DNA of 64,000 nt, taken from IMG/VR virus record IMGVR_UViG_2061766007_000342, positions 96,001-160,000 of that record, one strand, 5' to 3'. The position numbers and the translations under genes are program-made. The DNA comes from a virus. Taxonomy: Duplodnaviria > Caudoviricetes. Below are positions 59,604 through 64,000 of this stretch, piece after piece. The notes under the pieces were generated by a model. The model was not told the DNA's origin, ran no database searches, and was given only the letters and a program-made list of their open reading frames with translations. Positions within the stretch are counted from its first letter, which is position 1. Every line of letters starts with the position of its first letter.

Positions 59604-60626
59604 TCAATAAATCTCCGTACAATTATCAAACAGATTTTTCGTTATTGTACCTGCCGAAGCGTGGACGTGTCCACCACAAAGTCCAAGATCATTGAAATAT
59701 TGTTTAACCAATTTTTCACAATCTGCTCCACCCTCTCGAGAATAGAAAGTGTAACGCCATTCATTCGGTTTTGTCTGGGAGAACTTGCAAACGAAGTCAT
59801 ACTTCTCGAATGCTTCACCAAACAGTCGAGAATTACCCGTCGGACAATTAACGGCAATGCCATGATAATCACCAATGGTAACTTCAAACGCATTGTACAT
59901 AACGGACTTGTACATGTTCTCCTGATACTTGTAAATCAGTTCACCCTGATCGATAATGTCATATGCACGTCTGGGTCCTTCGTATAACAGTTCATTCCAG
60001 AATTCCATGTTCAGTGGATGACGTGTATCTTTATCCTGGATAGTCCATGCTGATGCAAAGAACTTACTCTCTGGAAGAGAGTGTCTCCAAACATCATTAT
60101 CATCGATCATTCGGATTGCTAACGGAATACCAACAACACGAATGTTATCCGTATCCGGATAGAATGCAACCTGTCCAAGATCTGGTGACAGATCAAATGG
60201 AACATTCATGGGATCCTGTCGTTCTTCATCATTCATGCATGCATAAACCCATGTCAGCATACAACCTGAATACTGAGTTGTGAAGAATCTGACAACATGT
60301 TCATCAAACATTGCTTTATCTTCGGTAGATAATGCTTGATAGAACTTATCACCTGAAATGTGATGATCAATATGAACAATCTTCATACCTGCAGTAATTG
60401 CTTTCTTGATGGTATCAAAGATTGTCTGATCAAGTGCCAAGTCAACAATATACAAAGTATCATTCTCTTTAAAGAATGTCTCTTCATCTTTAATGTTGAC
60501 AATACCATTATGATTATACTCGATGAAGTGATCTGATGTAACAGTGTCAAACACGGAGCGAAGCTCCGTGTTGACGATTGCTGCTGCACCATATCCATCT
60601 GCATCGAAATGATGAATACAACGCAT
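59604..60626 (-). CDS. DHH-family phosphoesterase
   Basis: H.DADG, IVDLA, HIDHH and GGHVHASA motifs. Confidence 0.9.
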   Translation of the reverse strand: MRCIHHFDADGYGAAAIVNTELRSVFDTVTSDHFIEYNHNGIVNIKDEETFFKENDTLYIVDLALDQTIFDTIKKAITAGMKIVHIDHHISGDKFYQALSTEDKAMFDEHVVRFFTTQYSGCMLTWVYACMNDEERQDPMNVPFDLSPDLGQVAFYPDTDNIRVVGIPLAIRMIDDNDVWRHSLPESKFFASAWTIQDKDTRHPLNMEFWNELLYEGPRRAYDIIDQGELIYKYQENMYKSVMYNAFEVTIGDYHGIAVNCPTGNSRLFGEAFEKYDFVCKFSQTKPNEWRYTFYSREGGADCEKLVKQYFNDLGLCGGHVHASAGTITKNLFDNCTEIY

Positions 60627-60628
60627 AA

Positions 60629-61246
60629 TTATTCCTCCTGTGTTGGCGCAGTTGTTTCTTCAACAACCGGAAGCGGATTCTGTTCGGTTTCTGTATTGAT
60701 TGCGTCCATGATATCATTGAAGCTGCCGGTGATATCCATGTCCGTACCATTACGCATGATATCATCCAGAATCGATGATGTATCAATTGAAGTTGCCTTT
60801 TCAATACGAGCATGTGCAATGATGGAAGTTGCAATGAAGATTGCATCTACACACATCATGATGGCACGCTCATAATCAGTTGCATCTGCACGAATGGTAT
60901 AGTCAAGCTTCGGCAGTCCCAGATTCTCCAAGAAGCTGTGTGCATTCTCGAGAACGGATGCAACCGCATTGTCACGTGCACCCTTGGTCTCATCGGAATC
61001 ATATGACATATGCATGATATCATATACCATCGACTTGAGTGTTACGACATTCTGTTCCAGCTCGGGGATATGGTTGTAAATATCATCCCAATCCATAGCC
61101 ATGATGTCAATGGATACGCCGGTACCAACCAACAGATCAATGTCCAGTGTCGGAGACTGTTCGTCCTCATCAACATTGTTCATCATTGATGCATCGTTGA
61201 TATTAACCTCTTCCTTTACTGCTGTGGTCATGTTCTGCTCGTCCAT
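60629..61246 (-). CDS. hypothetical acidic protein
   Basis: 205 aa, GGAGG SD. Confidence 0.6.
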   Translation of the reverse strand: MDEQNMTTAVKEEVNINDASMMNNVDEDEQSPTLDIDLLVGTGVSIDIMAMDWDDIYNHIPELEQNVVTLKSMVYDIMHMSYDSDETKGARDNAVASVLENAHSFLENLGLPKLDYTIRADATDYERAIMMCVDAIFIATSIIAHARIEKATSIDTSSILDDIMRNGTDMDITGSFNDIMDAINTETEQNPLPVVEETTAPTQEE

Positions 61247-61263
61247 GTTTGAAAACCTCCATT

Positions 61264-61473
61264 TTAAATATTTGATTCTTTGAACGTTACGGGATCGATG
61301 TATGTTACCTTAATCCCGAGACGTTTCATGACTTCAATAATCCGACTTTTGATTGTCGGTTTGGGAATTTTTTGTTCAAGAACTTTACGTTGAACAATTG
61401 TTCCACCATCAATCTTGATCTCTTGGTTATGTGCACCGAGGATCTTCATGTATTCTTCATCATACTTGCTCAT
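61264..61473 (-). CDS. small hypothetical protein
   Basis: 69 aa, GGGGGTG SD. Confidence 0.5.
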   Translation of the reverse strand: MSKYDEEYMKILGAHNQEIKIDGGTIVQRKVLEQKIPKPTIKSRIIEVMKRLGIKVTYIDPVTFKESNI

Positions 61474-61535
61474 GATCTCACCCCCATAATAAACAGTGGA
61501 TTAATCTATTGGTTTTAAACCAGAACAGGAGCGCG

Positions 61536-61970
61536 ATGTTTATGTTAGAATTCTCTATTGCAACCATATCCATTTTTGTTGGTGTGTTAAACGAACTTGT
61601 GAAATGGATCTCACACAAGTGCTTTAACTATGACATCAAGAAGTACATCCCAATCTTTAGTATTGGATTTGGATTGATTCTCGGTATCGCTTGTTATTTC
61701 ACACCAAACATTGATATGGGTAAAAATTTGTTAGAAGCAATCTTCATTGGTATTGCTTCTGGTGGTAATGCTGTTGGTTTCCATCAGGTTTACAAACAGC
61801 TTACCAAGTCTAATGGTATCATCGAAAATGTTACATCTGATAATGATGATGATGATGAAACAACAAACGATGATACTGATATCGACATTCCAGTTGATGA
61901 AACTGAAGTTGTTGAAGAAGTCGCTGATGTTGAAGAAGATACATCAAACGATTATGCCGAAGACGAGTGA
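61536..61970 (+). CDS. holin-like membrane protein with an acidic tail
   Basis: Three hydrophobic segments, KKYIPIFSIGFG, GIASG..AVGFHQVYKQ; late-type motif 61492-61505. Confidence 0.7.
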   Translation: MFMLEFSIATISIFVGVLNELVKWISHKCFNYDIKKYIPIFSIGFGLILGIACYFTPNIDMGKNLLEAIFIGIASGGNAVGFHQVYKQLTKSNGIIENVTSDNDDDDETTNDDTDIDIPVDETEVVEEVADVEEDTSNDYAEDE

Positions 61971-61978
61971 TGAAAAGG

Positions 61979-62002
61979 TGGTGGGGGAGTAATCCCCCAC
62001 CA
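61979..62002. terminator. hairpin between convergent genes
   Basis: tggtggggga-gtaa-tcccccacca. Confidence 0.7.
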
Positions 62003-62010
62003 AATCATCA

Positions 62011-62241
62011 TTATTCTTTGTTGACAACTAATTGACCGTTCTCAATGACACAATAGTCCGGAGCGAGAATGTCATCTCGACCAAACTCGTCCGACAGCTT
62101 CTCTAAGAAATTCCAATGGAAGTAGTTCCTAAAGATTTGTCGTTGTGTACGTGTGATCTTTACTTCACGTCCGGTAGTGTCATATACGGATACGTGATTA
62201 TCGTTGATAATGATTTTCTCAATTTGTTGATTCTTCTTCAC
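62011..62241 (-). CDS. small hypothetical protein
   Basis: 76 aa, GAAGGGAAG upstream. Confidence 0.45.
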   Translation of the reverse strand: MKKNQQIEKIIINDNHVSVYDTTGREVKITRTQRQIFRNYFHWNFLEKLSDEFGRDDILAPDYCVIENGQLVVNKE

Positions 62242-62270
62242 AGCTAAACTTCTTCCCTTCGTATTAAATT

Positions 62271-63131
62271 TTAATTATTTACTAAATATGCATCCAAGTA
62301 ACTTGGGAGTGCATAACATTCCGAAACGGAATTACAGAAGACATCGATGCGTCCAGATTTGCATCCACAATCTTCCAATGTATAAGTCCCCAATCCGTCG
62401 ATACGGATCTGGTCTCCATACTTCAGTCCAAGATTATTCATCTGGGACTTGTTCATTGCAATGGTACGGCCAGATTGAGGCCATGTGCCAGATGCTGTCT
62501 TACAACCAGTTGCAACATAACCAGTGATACGGAAATTACCAAGATATGTTTCATCATCATTTACCGTTGTCGTTGTTGTTTCCGTCGTAGTTGTTTCCGG
62601 CTCTGTCGTTGTTGTGGTTGTTGTCGTGGTTGTTGTCGTTTCCGTCGTGGTTGTAGTTTCAGTTGTTGTTGTAGTTGTTGTTTCGGTTGATGTAATCACA
62701 ACTGTTTCTGCAATAATCGGTTCATCAACAACCAAAGCTTCTGCTTGCTGAATAATCGGATGATTCTCAACAAGCTGTACAACCGGCTGTGTGGTACTTT
62801 CGGCGATAACGATGTATGTTTCGCCATTGGATACAATTGTCTCAATTTCACGAGACGTTGTCACACCAGTTGTCGTTGTGATATCAGTCGTTGAAGTATT
62901 ATCCGTTGTCATAGATGTAACATCGGTTGATGTTGACATCACTGTGGTGGTTGATACATTTGCTGTATCATCAGTGATAACAACAAGGTTTTCTTCAACT
63001 TCTGCTTCCACTGCAGTACGGTTCAGTCTTGACACAATACCAACCGCAATTGCAATGATGGCAACAATCGCAATTGTTGCAATGACATAAATCCTAACGT
63101 GGTTTTTCTCTTCATTAAACATTTTACTCAA
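62271..63131 (-). CDS. membrane-anchored 3D-domain (cell-wall-modifying) protein with a Thr-rich linker
   Basis: N-terminal TM, T/E-rich stalk, FRITGY...TASG...TIA...YG..I.I.G.G.Y..EDCG....RIDVF. Confidence 0.85.
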   Translation of the reverse strand: MSKMFNEEKNHVRIYVIATIAIVAIIAIAVGIVSRLNRTAVEAEVEENLVVITDDTANVSTTTVMSTSTDVTSMTTDNTSTTDITTTTGVTTSREIETIVSNGETYIVIAESTTQPVVQLVENHPIIQQAEALVVDEPIIAETVVITSTETTTTTTTETTTTTETTTTTTTTTTTTEPETTTTETTTTTVNDDETYLGNFRITGYVATGCKTASGTWPQSGRTIAMNKSQMNNLGLKYGDQIRIDGLGTYTLEDCGCKSGRIDVFCNSVSECYALPSYLDAYLVNN

Positions 63132-63418
63132 ATCTCCTTATTGATCATTTCATTGGGGGTAGTGCTTAACCGATGATGACGGATTTCATCATACGGGTGA
63201 CCATAACCTTTCTTGTCACGATTGTAATCAATTTGATTCAATTTCTTTGAAGAGCTGTGAAAGATTCACCAATGCTTCTTTTTATATGTAATGCATTGGT
63301 ATTTTTCTGTTACACAACTTCGGGGTAATGAGTTGTCAACATTTTACAGTTGACATCGAATTGAAATTAATATGATTTCATATTCGATATAAGATGATGA
63401 AAGGATGTGCCATAAACA

Positions 63419-63940
63419 ATGGATAAAATTCTGGAACTTCTGGTGGCGATACTTGGTTCAGGAGCAATTACAACAATCATTGCATCGCTTCTCAGTAAAC
63501 GGAAATACAATGCCGAAATCGATCAATTAAAACAACAGATCGATGCTGCACGAACAGATGATCGTATCAAGATCGATGAACACATTCAAGCACAGTTTAT
63601 GGAGATTGCTGATGTGTACAAGGAACAAACGAATCACTTTAAAGAAGAGATTGTTGAACTTCGTAAACAGAACTCTTCATTGATTCGTCAAATCACCGAT
63701 TGTCAGAAACAGATTAACGATCTGAACAATGACATTGATCAATTGATGTCATGGGTTGTGTATGATGCATTGCATTACCAAAAGTGGCTAGAGAAGGAAT
63801 TGTTGAAAGCGAAACCTGATGTTCAATTTCCAGAATACAGAAAATTACCAAAGTTTGTATCGGAACGAATTGCTCAATACTTGGAAACGAACAATACGTC
63901 AACCGATGTAGATGATATTCTTGAACATATTGATGAGTAA
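63419..63940 (+). CDS. N-terminal TM plus coiled-coil protein (possible lysis accessory)
   Basis: LLVAILGSGAITTII followed by heptad repeats. Confidence 0.55.
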   Translation: MDKILELLVAILGSGAITTIIASLLSKRKYNAEIDQLKQQIDAARTDDRIKIDEHIQAQFMEIADVYKEQTNHFKEEIVELRKQNSSLIRQITDCQKQINDLNNDIDQLMSWVVYDALHYQKWLEKELLKAKPDVQFPEYRKLPKFVSERIAQYLETNNTSTDVDDILEHIDE

Positions 63941-63950
63941 CATGCGATTG

Positions 63951-63974
63951 TTGTGGGGGTTTCATCCCCCACAA
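63951..63974 (+). terminator. hairpin
   Basis: ttgtggggg-tttcat-cccccacaa. Confidence 0.65.
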
Positions 63975-64000
63975 TGATCGTGTTGTTTTTCATATTCAAG

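Noticed and set aside
62560-62700. GTT/GTC microsatellite-like tract
   Set aside because: It simply encodes the Thr-rich stalk of the 3D-domain protein.
1-64000. tRNA/rRNA genes, inteins or introns in the RNAP and polymerase genes, stop-codon reassignment
   Set aside because: None recognised by eye; long ORFs are intact under the standard code with high coding density. A tRNAscan or Infernal run would be needed to exclude RNA genes.

Overview
This is a segment of an AT-rich (roughly 35% GC by eye) jumbo bacteriophage of the AR9/PBS1-phiKZ type, probably infecting a Firmicute (strong Shine-Dalgarno sites, XkdX-like, holin and 3D-domain genes). It encodes subunits of what appear to be two multisubunit RNA polymerases: a 1437-aa beta, a beta' C-half, a beta' N-half with NADFDGD, and an AR9 gp226-like promoter-specificity subunit. 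It also encodes the palm/thumb half of a split family-B DNA polymerase, RusA, a DHH phosphoesterase, many virion proteins and a minus-strand tail-fibre/adhesin cluster (about 21.9-37.3 kb). Inside that cluster is a diversity-generating retroelement (DGR): target gene with VR (29232-29336), hairpin, TR (28829-28933; all 18 TR/VR mismatches are at TR adenines), structured flanking RNA and reverse transcriptase. The most striking observation is that no avd gene is visible in the cassette. Instead an intact but nuclease-dead TnpB-family ORF lies between the TR RNA and the RT and overlaps the RT start, suggesting a possible DGR + dTnpB system. Also read directly from the sequence: candidate late (NAC-N7-TA) and early (TATATAATTAAWRTG) promoter motifs, a family of GC-rich palindromes, and a captured amidase start stub behind a foreign-looking tail-fibre gene. 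All family assignments come from motif recognition by eye; no database searches were run. No tRNA, rRNA or CRISPR array was seen.
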